DNA of 52,618 nucleotides, counting the filler, from Porpidia crustulata (Eukaryota): NCBI GenBank assembly GCA_964255105.1. It is 3 parts of 3 records of this genome, joined end to end, with 100 filler letters (N's around TTAATTAATTAA, not from the genome) between each part and the next. Parts side by side here need not be neighbours in the genome. Positions count along the whole stretch, not along the records: positions 1 to 17,503 come from CAXUWE010000217.1; 2 more parts are not named here. One strand, 5' to 3'. Shown here piece by piece: positions 1 through 12,094 of this stretch. The translations under genes and the position numbers were made by a program. Within the stretch, counting starts at the first letter, position 1. Each line of letters starts with the position of its first letter. A model generated the notes under the pieces. The model was not told where the DNA came from and ran no database searches. It was given only the letters and a program-made list of their open reading frames with translations.

Positions 1-1434
1 GAACTGTAGGTGTCACTCCGACCGACTGGTAGTTTGCTACTGTAGCCGGTGCGTGTAGATTCTATTCTTGAAGGAGGAGGCCTCGATCCAGGATCACCAT
101 AACCCATCTCTGTTGCGGCACCGATGAGAGGCGCACTAGAGCCATAGCTACCGTCGGATCGGTTTGAATTCTGTGTGGCTGATCTCTCGGGAGGATTCTG
201 TCGAGCTGGGAATATGCCCGGGATGGCTGGGCCTCCCAAAAGAGAGCCTGAGTCGCTGAGGTTGCGCGACGGCGGGTTGGATGTGTATGGCGGAAGTGTT
301 GCTTGGGTACCTTGTCTTTTTAGTAAGGGCATATCCTGAAGCTTGTCATCATCTTGCATGTCTAAGATAGGTATCGTTGGCTGCCGCTTGACTGGCGGTC
401 TTTCCCCATCCAAGCCGTCTTTTGTGTCTTGCTCGGCAAAGGTCGTATCTGCCCTTGCCAAAGCCTTGTTGACCTTGACGCCAACAATCTTGTGCAATCG
501 ACTATCGACCTTCCTTCTGCAATAGCTCGAGAGGCCACCATCCGTACTGGGAATATGGTGCCAGAGAAAGCCAACGTAGAATAGTGCGGCGAGGATCAGA
601 CTTATGGCGGAGAATACCCAAATCACAAGTGTAAAGAGCATGCTGAACAATATGACTGCCTGCTGTCGATTGCCAGCTGCCAGTATTTGTACATTAACGA
701 AGAATTGTCCAATCGCACTGTGGCCATGATTGGCGGCATGTTGGCCTGCCGGTATCAGATCGGCTTGCATGACAGAATATAACGTCAACGCGTTTATGGC
801 TTGTCGAGGTCCTTCAGCGAAGACGATGCGCAGCCATGCTAGATTTGTGAGCTCAAAGGTTAGGGAGAAAACCCCACTATTAGACTTACCTTCGAACGAG
901 AAGTAGGTGAAGAGTGCAACATATTCAGCACCCTTCCTATGCTTTGTCAAGGCTGTAAAGACCAGGAACCTCCTCCACCCCCGGCCATTGGCGCCTGTGC
1001 GTATACTTTGTACTCTAACCGCCAATGGATCGAGATAACTGGCAGCAACTATACCGGATTTGATTGCTCGAACTGCTTTGAACCATCGATAAACAAGGAG
1101 TACAAAAGATAGGATAATGCACCCCGCAAAGATCCACTTGGAGACCTTGAATGGGATAATGGGTTTGACTTGCCCGCTCCAGCGATTGAAAAGTAGAAGA
1201 TTCGCAGCAGTGAACGTATCGACACCATACACGGCGACCGAGATGACCAGAGAGATATAGAGAATCCCGTAGGAGAAGCCAGTCCAGCATGAACTTGACT
1301 TGAAGTCTGACAAGTTCTGTGCAAGCAGCAGTTAGCCAACATTCGACCACTGGCCAACACCGACTAACAATATAATCCCACTTTTGCTCCGCCTTGATGT
1401 CTCCCAGCTTCTCCCGTTTACAACAACAGCTCAT
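1..1434 (-). CDS. Fungal potassium transporter, Kch1/Prm6 family (3' end beyond window start)
   Basis: ATG at 1434 gives MSCCCKREKLGDIKAEQKWDYI. After an intron at 1317-1368 (GTTAGT..CAG) it continues NLSDFKSSSCWTGFSYGILYISLVISVAVYGVDTFTAANLLLFNRWS...YLDPLAVRVQSIR...GWRRFLVF...KGAEYVALFTYFSFE, which are characteristic Kch1/Prm6 motifs. A second intron lies at about 839-889. Confidence 0.88.
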
Positions 1435-2132
1435 GGTCACCAAAATGCTTGGATTTATTACGCTAGCAAGCCCTGAGCTTGCGAAGGCGAGTCGCACGAA
1501 GGATATTTCGTTCTAATATGTCGAAGGATTGCTTCGGTATCGATATCGGGAGGATTAAGGGATGCGGTCCGGCCGCAAAGGAATGTGATCCCAATATTCG
1601 CGCTCGTTTCTACAAACACAAGTTCGCACCAGCAGCGTGATTTGGCGGCGAAGTGATCGCAGTGCTAATTCCAGAAAGAGCTTAACAGCTCATTGAAGGT
1701 GCGGCGCATAGCCGCATTGTCGCGCTCATGTGAATGCACTTCTCTGTCCTATTGTTGAAGTTCTTAGCGATAGGGTTGCGCACGGCCAAAGCTGTCAGTA
1801 TCCGAGAAATACAGTATTCCAGAGTCGCTAATGATCGCACGGCAGGTTTTTGTTCTGTGTGAGGCTTCTCCTGTGATGGGCTCCGGAAGAGAGGGGCCTT
1901 GGTATGTGTAAATGCAGATGGAGGACGAAGAGAGCGTATCGGCTGTAAGAGAACGAGATGTAAAGAAGTCCACGGCACAGGGTAGTATCAAGGTAGCAGT
2001 AGGGACCGGAAGTCAGTGTGGCACGGTACTGACCATACACTGGGGATGATCTGTTTGCTCTGAAGCGTCTGATGTAGCGCTTGGATAGCAAAGGAGCAGA
2101 ACAGACAGAAGGGGTTTCACGATTGAGGGGTC

Positions 2133-2186
2133 GCATGCAGGCATGCAGGCACACAGGCAAGCAGGGAGGAAGGGGAGGAAGGGGAG
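2133..2186. repeat. Short degenerate tandem repeats (GCATGCAG x2, CAGG units, GGGAGGAAG x2) upstream of the Kch1-like gene
   Basis: Directly visible: gcatgcag gcatgcag gcacacag gcaagcag ggaggaaggggaggaaggggag. Confidence 0.6.
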
Positions 2187-3122
2187 CTTCGTATTCGACC
2201 ATGCCGTACCTGCGCTAGCGCGCGGTTGAAGAAAAAAGCGACACACCCACACCCTCTCCCTAAGGTGCCCCCCGAAAGCCCCGCTAAAATAGGGTCTACG
2301 AGGTAGGACCACCTAAATTCAAACACTTAAGGGGGTGGATGTATGTATCTTTTTTTTCCCTCCGACCGCGTAACTAGCTCCCTCGTCTTCAACTTAGGGC
2401 TAAGCAGAATTTAAACGCTTTCAAGGCTCTTCGAATGGTCAATTTGCTCTAGATTGACAATGGTAATAAAATCAACTTGAATCAGACCTCGAAAGAGACC
2501 TATTAGTGGACTTGGGTTAGTCTCACGACCCATTTGGTCAAGGCGGATGATCACAGTTGAACACTGGCATATCATACATGGTAGGACTAATGTTTTACTG
2601 TTGAAACTTTCGCATTTCTTAACGACTCAACATTTTATGACCGCAGATGCAAGGGAAAATATGACGGAAGAATCTCGGCTTTGGAAAAAATACTAGTACA
2701 AGCGTCCTTGATGTTGACCCGGTGTGCCAACGGTGCGAATACTCTAGGAACAAGATCATACTCCCGGACGTGTTGCCTGCTACACTCCCTCAGCCGATAG
2801 AAATGCTCGACCACAGATTGCTATCCTGGTATCCACCCAATCGGCCTGCGTTTAAATTTTCCCAAAGCCCTTGACCTAGGACATACACCCAGAAAGGTCA
2901 GTCAACTAGATACTCGCTTATGGTCAAGAAAACTGGAAGGATTAGGCACCGGCTGATCTCGGACATAGACCTAAGGTCAGTCGACAGGATCGCCATTCAC
3001 CAAGCTCCTTCAACGAGCAACCCTATCGCAGCTTCGACGTTTTTGTCAGAAGTGTCCACACTACTCCTGGCTACACCGTTCTTCGCCTATGGTTCGAGAC
3101 GTCATGGCAATCCCACGGGTCT

Positions 3123-5863
3123 TCAATCCTCCGCTTTGGCCTTCTTATTGGGATTATAGGTTTCTCCCTTCGCGTCTCCCGTCTTCTCATCCTCCAAATG
3201 ACCTGCATCCCGCTTCTGACCGCCCGGCGCTTCGTTGGTGGTGTGCTGTGCAACTTCTCTCAACAAAGCATTGATTTCGCCTCCCAACTGTAGCGTGCTA
3301 TCGATTAGCTGGTCTCTGCTCTCCTCAGCTTTGTGGCCCTGCTGCCTTAGCTGTGCAATCTCTTGAAGATGCCGGGACTGGTTGGCCTTGAGTTGTTGGA
3401 CTTGGGCGTGGAGCTTATTTCGCTCCTCGGCAAAACGCTCAGCGTCGCCCTTGAAACTTCTAGCCCATTTCCACTCATGGTCTCTCTGCTCTGTTCTCGT
3501 GGCAAGTTCTTTTGTGCTTAGGGCAAGTTCCTGCGTTCTGGTGGCAAGGTCCCGTGACGCTTGCTCAAATTTCTCCTTGTTGCTGAAGACTAGATCGCGG
3601 AGAGTCCGGCGCTGCGGATCATTGGCCTGGGATATCTTGGTCCCTTCATCTCTCGCCTTTCTGATGGCCTCGGCATGATCACGGAGCAAGTTGTCCTTCT
3701 CCTTCTTCTTCTCCTCGACGGACTTTGCGTTCTGAGCCAAGAGCGCATTATGCTTGTGAACGACCCAGTCATAGTCATTCATCTTCTGCTCCAAGCTGGC
3801 ACCTTTGACTTCATACTGTCTTGTCATTTCTGCCAGCCTTGGCTCAACTTCATCAATGTGGCGCTGGAGTCGCTCGCACTCATTGATGCACAGAGAATGG
3901 TCACAGACGTGACCTGCCGCATTGCTATGAGGTCCAATGCTCAGAATAAGGTCGTTCAGTGTCCTCCCGAGGTCGACGATGCCGAGCTCGCTCGACATCC
4001 ATAGAGACTTCTTGAGTTCACCAAACTGGGTGCTCGCCCTGGATAAAGACTTGTTCAATCCGGCAACGGTCAGATCCTTCGCATCCGATGATTCCCGTAG
4101 GCTCTGGGTTTGACGCCGCTCGGTATTAAGCTCCTTCTGCAACCTCGAAAGCTTAGAGTTTTTCGACAATACAAATTGCTCTAATACTTCGAGCTGACGG
4201 CTACTGGTCCCACAGGTCGAATGATCGCAGACATGATCGCGACACTCGGTAGTCAAACGTTGCCAGTCCGTGTTCTGCTTGTCAAATCGAGCCTGGAGCT
4301 CCCGCGAAGCCTGAACCTCGGACTCCAGTTTCTGGCCGAGTCTCTGGATCACTGCTTCTTTTTCATTGATCTGGCTGCTGCAGTCCAGGTGAGCGGTCTC
4401 AGTCTCTGCCAACTGCGCGGTAACCCGCTGCAACGCCTGCTTCTCCTCTTCAAGCTGTCCTCCGAGAGTCCGAAGTTTGTGATCCTTCTCGGTGACTTGG
4501 CTATCGCGGTCCCCAACGGCGCGCATGAGGTCTCTAACCTCCACTCTCATTCTATCGAGGTGAACATTTGCGTTTGTCAACGAAGTGTCGAGAATCTTGA
4601 TTTGTACGTCTCGGTTTTCTAGGGAGGGATGCTGACCTTCGATGTCAGCATCAACAGCCTCTAGCAAAGGCACTTCTTCCGCCTTGACGAAATGCTCTTT
4701 GCTCTCACCCTCGTCTTCTGGCTGGTTTGCTTCGGCAGCCGACTCGTTACTGCTATCGTCACTGCCCGCCTCGAGTAGCTCCTCCATCTCACGGCCAAGC
4801 TTCTCCACTTCATCCTCCTCAGAGTTGTCTGAAGCTGGTTCCGTGTGGTTGCATCGATGTGTCTTGATCTTGCGCTTTATTTGTCGGACCTTTCGCTTTA
4901 ATTTACGTATGTGCGCCTGATCATCCTTCTCCTTGTCTTTGAAGGCGGTGACAGCCTCCAGCGCAAGTCTTCGATCCTGCGCTGCCTTCATTGTCTTGAT
5001 CGACACCATTCTGAAAGTACCCTGTTGGGTTCGCGAGATCATCTTCCAGTAGGTTCCAATGGCCCGATCTGCGCTTGCTAGCTCGTCCGCCTGTGTCTGG
5101 ACGGTTCGCATCGCACCCTTCAGCTCAGTCCCACGGATGGCTTTGGTGGTCCGCAGTTCTAGTGCAATCTCATCTCGATCAGCGCAAGCGCTCTTGATCT
5201 GCTTCTCCATGCTATCAATTGTTTCTCGATAGCCTTTTTTGAGCTGGTTCTCGAGCACCGTGTTGGTGCTTATGACTTTTGCCATCTCGTCGAGAGTCTC
5301 CATGCGCTCTCTAGTCAAAGTCTCCTTATCTACGACGAGACCTGTGATCTTGAGGTTGAGCTCCAAATTTGCTTCCTGATGATTTCTAAGACTTGCACTG
5401 ATTGCATTGCACATGTCAAGTACCTCCTGGCGCGTAGCGACTTTCGACGGCACATAATTCCAGCTTATATATAGCAGCACGGCGATGAAAATGAGAAGTA
5501 GGAGGGACTGCAATGCATAATGATGAAGGCGCTAGTGACTATTATCAGCTCACGAGCCTAGGGAAACATCAGTACTTTCGCCCTTACGTTGGTCCCAAAT
5601 TCGAATCCAAGCTCTCTCACTTCGTCATGTGACATTGCGAATTCGAACAAGGTCTCCAAGCGTCCGAGCAAGATAGTCAATGGAAATGATAAAAAGTATG
5701 CAAGGAGTCGAAGGATTGCATAAACAAAGTTCACAGAGAGTGCCAGAATCTGGAAGGGAGCGAGAAATATGTAGAACATGGCGGACGCAATAAGAGGGGT
5801 TGCTTCAGCCATCACTGGTGAGTCTACAGTCTCCAGGAGGTCATCGAGCATGCAAGAAGCCAT
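3123..5863 (-). CDS. Hypothetical ~895-aa protein with N-terminal hydrophobic/TM segments and a long coiled coil
   Basis: ORFs 5558-5863 and 3123-5513 join in frame through a 56-nt intron at 5532-5587 (GTAAGG..GCTGAT..CACTAG, phase 0), giving ...FEFGTN|RLHHYALQSLLLLIF... The 796-codon open frame is rich in E/K/Q/L heptads. Confidence 0.75.
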
Positions 5864-7288
5864 GGGTGCTGATCTCGAGATGCAAAGAGTACGGAGTTAT
5901 TCGAAAGAGTTTAAAATTCCAAATGATGGAGCTCAGAACGATGTAGATGAAGAATAAAAATCTTTAAGCGGTTGCTTGAAATTGATTTGGATTCTATGTG
6001 GATGTACAAATGATCTTGAGCTTGCGCAAAGAAGAAAGGAGAAAGGAGGAAGGAAGGTGATCGCAGAATATTATATACTAGGCTATAAACCAGTGACGAA
6101 CTGAAATGTGTTGGGGGTAATCTGGTGTTATCGGAACAAACATAAGCAAAAAACATTCACATGTGGTGAATTTGCGGACTTTAGTGAGTCACCTCATATC
6201 CCATTCACACCTAACTTGTGGTTTCCTTCACAAAAGTGTTGAGCCCTTTTATTTTCGAGGTCAGAGTAAACAGCGGATGGGGTCCAAGTCACTCTTTTTG
6301 TTTCTGCAGGGGCAATAGAGCGGGACAGACTGGAGTTCAATATGGGTATACTCCGTCAGGGCAGGGTACTTCTTGGCGGTTGAACCCCTGAGTGAGTGCT
6401 CATAGCTGCTGCGTGGAACTATCTAAGCAAGGGCATCTCCTGCAACGAAATCTAGCTCTTATAAACGAGATAAAAAATATACCTGCCACCGCTTCCAAAT
6501 TACCGAATCTGTCAGGCCCCGTACCGAAGTATTCACATCGTCCCAATTGGAGTGTACCGAGTTAAAAAAGAGTAAAACTGATACAAATTCCCAAGCGTTT
6601 GTTTTATCGTAGAAATGGCGCTTTTCTAGATTCTAACCATGAAAGCTTCAAAAATTCGAGAATTTACGAATTGAGATCAAGCAGGATTAAGCCCAATGGT
6701 GGAATTTTTTATTAAAAAGCAGTGATGTTGCTTAAGTTTTGGGATGAGAGATATATCAGATGTGTGAATAGCATTGGGAGATTACGAGCATAGCGCGGGT
6801 GGTCACCTTAGTTATCGGGATTTACGGTCGCTGTGGAAATAGATAGAACCGGACCGAGATTCCAGATAAGACAGAAAGGACTAGCGTGTGCTTTGGATAT
6901 TGGAGGTTGGGTTTTGTGTTTAGGCGATTGGAGAAAGGGGAAGATTGTGGTATGAAGTTAGATGAGGATGTGAAGGGGGGGTTTGGGTTTGGGATTTGAG
7001 ATTTCTGTGGTTTAAATTGGGTGGTGCGAGTATAATTGGAGGTGTGGTTGGAGGTGGAAAGATGTAAATGGAGAAAAGGGGGACGGGGTTAAGTTACAGG
7101 GAGGGGCCACTCGTGATATGAGATAATCCCGAGTGTTGTACTTGGTAAATGTAGGGATCAAATGGGTATCTGTCGGTCATGATGAGCTCTATATCTTTCG
7201 AAGAAACCGCCACGCAACTCGCGGCCTCCAAACAGCCAACCATCGAATTCTTCACCTTCCCAAAGGTAAAGGATGTAAATGCGAGAAT

Positions 7289-8574
7289 TCAATACTCTAT
7301 AGTCCGTTTAATCGCATCATATACCCCTATATTTCACGTCAGCTTTCCGATTCCCCATCGAACCACCAAATTTTCAAACTCACGTGTCACATCCGGCACA
7401 TTTAATCTCTCAAACACCAACCCCGAATGCGTCGCCCACCCCGCCACCCTCTGCACAGGAGCTTCCAGGTGCAAGAACGCTCCTTCCTGAATCGAAGCGG
7501 CGACTTCGGCTCCGATGCCCGCGTTGGCCTGGGCCTCGTGCACCACGATCGCTCGACCGGTCTTCTGCACGCTTCGGAGGATGGTATCGCGGTCCCAGGG
7601 ATACAGTGTTCGTAGATCGATTAGTTCGACGGTGATGCCGAGGTCTTTTTCGGCGGCGGCGATGGCAGAGGAGCAGGTGTAGAGGGGATGACCGTAGGAG
7701 ATGATTGTGAGGTTTTCCCCTTCTTTTACGATGTCTGCCTTGGAGAGGGGGAGTTCGTATGCTTCGGTGGGGACTTGCTCTACGGCGGCGCGATAGAGGA
7801 TTTTGGGCTCCATGAAGATGACGGGGTCGTTGCATGCGATGGAAGCTAGGAGTAGGCCCTTGGCTTGGGCTGGAGAACGGGGCATTACGACACGTAAGCC
7901 GGGGATGTGTGTGAAGAGGGACTCGGGTGATTGGGAATGGTATCTAAAGTAGGATCAGCGATGCTATGAGGTCGATCCATTGGAAGGTCTACATACAACG
8001 CTCCATGCCCTACTCCCCCACAGGGCATCCTGACTACCAATCCCCCAATATTGCCTCCAGTCTTTCCCTCTCTGTACCTCCATTTAGCCGCCTCGTTTAC
8101 TAGCTGATCGAAAGCCGGATAGACATAGTCTGCGAATTGGATCTCGGCTATCGGCTTCATTCCTTGTGCCGCGCATCCTATTGCAAATCCAACGATGCCT
8201 TGCTCACTGAGAGGGGTATTGAACACTCGCTCGGACCCAAACTCGGCTGCCAGATTCATGCTGCAGCGAAATACACCGCCGAAAGCCACATCTTCGCCGA
8301 AGACAAGGGTGCTTTCGTCAGTGCGAAGAGCATGGGTGAGGGCGCTGTTGATGGCTTGGAACAAATTGAGGCGGGAAGAAAGAGAATCTGAGGGAAATTC
8401 CGGGCTGCAGGATAGAGACGAAGAGGTATGATGGAGCAGGGGATGGCTTGAGTATTCAATTGGCACGTTCAGGCGGGCATTTGTAGATTGAGAGTATAGC
8501 CTGTGAGGAATGGTACGTTGCCGCGAAAAGTGCGATAGAAGCTTTTTGGATACCGATTGCGCCGGTACGCGCAT
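7289..8574 (-). CDS. 2-oxoisovalerate dehydrogenase (BCKDH) E1 beta subunit, mitochondrial
   Basis: Motifs [46 protein letters not shown] and IDLRT. Introns at 7944-7996 and 7327-7383. The last exon reads [12 protein letters not shown]. The N-terminus is basic and presequence-like. Confidence 0.96.
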
Positions 8575-8788
8575 GACTGAAGACTCGACGAAGCTGTCAT
8601 GGTCTTCAGGTGTCTATGAGTTTCGTGAAGGGCAAATGTATGGATTGATGTTTAGGTGCTCAAAGTAGATGATTGCGGCTTGCGTCGGCTTTCATGCCGC
8701 GACAAGGATCAGGGGTCCGAGTAATCGATGATAGGATGACTTTGATTGTTCAACTTAACTTTACTGACATCTCCAACGGACAACAGTA

Positions 8789-10376
8789 ATGGCAACCCAG
8801 TTAGAGATACTACCAGCTTTACGGCGGGCAGCTCCGAACTTGACGAGGCAATACTTTACATGTCATCAGTGCCAGCTGTCTTCCCTAAAGCTAGCTCGCC
8901 ATGGGTTTCTGAAATTGAAGCCCACATCGCCCTTACCCAGGGCATTTGGCTCCAGCCCACTAAGCAGATCCACAGCAAGTAGCGATGGCCTCTTATCAGA
9001 CTTACGGACGACATCACCTCTCGCGTCCCTTAGTGAGAAAATTAGTGCCCGTCAGATAAGAACAAGTTCCTTCCCTAAAGTTAGCAGCAAAGCGGTAGCA
9101 TATTGGCTACTGGGAAGCGCAGCAAGTGTTTTTGGCATCGTTGTCTTTGGGGGTTTGACGCGGTTAACAGAATCGGGGTACGTGTAATCCGGATTGAGAA
9201 TGGATTATTATACTAATGTTGCAAAGTCTGAGTATCACAGAATGGAAGCCGGTGACAGGTTCTCTACCACCTACTAAGGCCGAAGACTGGAATTCAGAGT
9301 TCGCCAAGTATCAATCTTCGCCTGAGTTCAAACTTCTGAATCCGCACATGAACTTGGACGAGTTTAAATCGATATACTATATGGAATGGGCGCACAGAAT
9401 ATGGGGTCGTGTGGTTGGGATGTCATTTGTTCTCCCTGCGGTCTACTTCATCGCACGCCGTAATGTATCTGCACCTATGGCAGCAAAGATTGTTGGTATT
9501 GGCGGGCTTATAGGCTTTCAAGGATTTCTGGGATGGTGGATGGTGAAATCGGGATTAAAGGATGATCTGTTTGCGCCTGGAAGCCACCCGCGAGTCAGTC
9601 AATACCGACTCACTGCTCATCTTGGTACCGCTTTCCTGTGCTACTCCGCAATGTTATGGAATGGTCTCTCTATATTGCGCGCCCACAAACTTCTGGCGAA
9701 TCCAGAGAGCGCGGGTACTGTCCTTGCGCAGCTTCGAAATCCCAAGATGAAGATCTTCCAACATTCGGTAGGTGCATTGTCAGTCCTAGTCTTTTGTACT
9801 GCAATGTCTGGTGGTCTTGTTGCTGGCCTTGATGCAGGCCTGATATACAACGAGTTCCCTAAAATGGGCGCTGGCTTGACGCCTCCGAGTTCAGAGCTCT
9901 TTTCAGATTTCTACTCTCACAGACCAGATAAAAGTGATGTTTGGTGGCGGAACCCACTGGAAAATCCTTCGTTGGTGCAATTAGACCATCGAATCCTAGC
10001 TACTACTACGTTCACATCGGTTATGGGCCTTTGGGCATATACTAAGTTTTCTCCGAGTCTGAAGAGCATTTTGCCAATAGCATGCAGGAAGGGGATGCAT
10101 GGTGTGGTAGGGTTTGTGTTCTTACAAGTCGCTTTGGGTATCAGCACACTCATATATCTTGTGCCTCTACCACTGGCGTCAGCGCATCAGGCGGGAAGTC
10201 TGGCCCTACTTTCTTGGGTCCTCGTACTCGGAAGTCGAACATGGATACCTCAGCGGGCTTCAAGACTCGTAGCACAGAAGCTCGCAGCAGCGCGGATGAA
10301 GGCCCGTGTGGGTGGCGTCGGAGCATTTCATTCGAGAGTCGGCTCTGTGACTAGAGCGGCAGGTGCAATGGGTTAG
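8789..10376 (+). CDS. COX15: Heme A synthase (cytochrome c oxidase assembly protein)
   Basis: Motifs GGLTRLTESG|LSITEWKPVTG, YYMEWAHRIWGR, RVSQYRLTAHLG, VAGLDAGLIYN and HQAG. Intron at 9178-9226. Confidence 0.97.
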
Positions 10377-12094
10377 GGGAGAATGTTGATGGAGATATTC
10401 GAAGCAGTCGCTCTCAGCATTGTATATACTTTGATTGCAAATGGTGCGGGTGCCCTGCATTGGTGGCGTTTCGAAGGATAGATCGAGAGTGTTTAATCGC
10501 GTCTACACATTCTGACAGCAATGATATCCAAGGCATCTAGCACGCAAGCATTCATGTCAGAATTGATTGAACCATTGGGGATTCCGATATGAATACTTTT
10601 TTTTGCATGGAAGTGACCGGTTCCAGATTCATCAATGCAGTATCAAGCAACCAAAACAACCAGTGATCTTTAGGAAGCATAAATTTGAGCTTTTTCCACC
10701 AGAGATTACTAGACTATAACGAAGGCATTTAGCGGGAATTTACATATGTCTCTTACAAAACGGCCCCTATTGACCAAAACTTTTCCTACATAGTGAGCCG
10801 ATCCCCCTGATATGAACATGGATACACGTCGAGGCTCTGGTCCGGGTCATTTGAGAATGCAGCCAAGTCTGCCATAACCCAGTCGTGAAAGCTTCAACAA
10901 GAAATAGCAAAGCAAGCGGTATACTAGATCGCAAGAGGTACATATATTGCAAGCCATTACCCAACATCTGTACCAAGTGGAGAATTACGGCGGTTTATCT
11001 CACAGCAACAGCAAGGATTGGCCACGCCGTTTCCTGATATCGGAAACGCGGTAGAGACACAAAACGACGTGACATACGATGAAATACAACGAGTGGCAGT
11101 TTCTTCGAGAGCTGTCCCACACAACAGTCTACGTGTCGCTGTGCATGTACGTAAAGTGAACAAATCGCGCTCCGCCCCTGCTTTCGCGTCGAGTCATGCA
11201 AGGCCCCGCTCTAGGGCGCAGATCTGGCTGTAGAGAGATACAACTGCCCCCACGAAGACAGGGGTATGGTTGTGAGAGGAAGAAGGTGTTTGTAGTGGGA
11301 TTCATGTGGGCTTGGCGGCCATCGCTTACGGTTATCGTAAACGCTGTGTAAACCGACGGAGACCTCGACAATTCATCTCATCTGTTAGAGACTACTTATC
11401 AGCCATTGGTTGATCGCAAAAGAGAAGAACGTCTACTTGCATTTAGGACGTGATCAAATCGTCATGATTCTTTTCGTAGTTCGCGACGTGAGCAAGTGGA
11501 GGGAGCCGCCCAGGAGTGGGATTGGTGTATAAGAATCACTGGAATTCCAGCTGAAATGTGAACATCATCGAGTCTCCTACTGAGCATCTTGGCTCCTTCG
11601 ATTTCTTCTTGGCTCCGTAAAATCAAATGGGCTGAAGTGAGTGTATGCTGCAGTTTTCCCACCTCACTTTCAACATACATTGGGCTTTTTATACCTTCAA
11701 CAATGTACATCTTCTAGCTTTGTATGCTCGTACTTCCACATACTACGTACAACACTCATTTCAAACCTAGTCTTCACCACTGTGTTCGAAGTCTTGTAGA
11801 AAAATACTGCGTCAGTGCTGTGCCATTGCACCTCTTCAGCTGGCCAAGTATTCTCGATTCCTCAGCTGGACATTCAGTCAAATAACATCTCCGAACTTGC
11901 TCAAGTCCCATCGTCGCTGCACTGTCCACGTATTTGTGAGTCGAAAACCTTCCATTGCTCCAGAGTGATTGCATTCTATCCCTGATTGTGCCCTCTTTTA
12001 CATATCAAGCTTATATGTCTGAAGCTCCACATATCTCGTTTTGATTGAACCGCTCAACAAGAATCGCTATTCAGCAGCACGCAACGTTCGCTCC

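Noticed and set aside
10400..12090. Long intergenic region with several short ORFs
   Set aside because: It shows no coding bias, coherent exon chain or recognisable RNA-gene motif. It is probably UTR and promoter, though an ncRNA cannot be excluded without Rfam.
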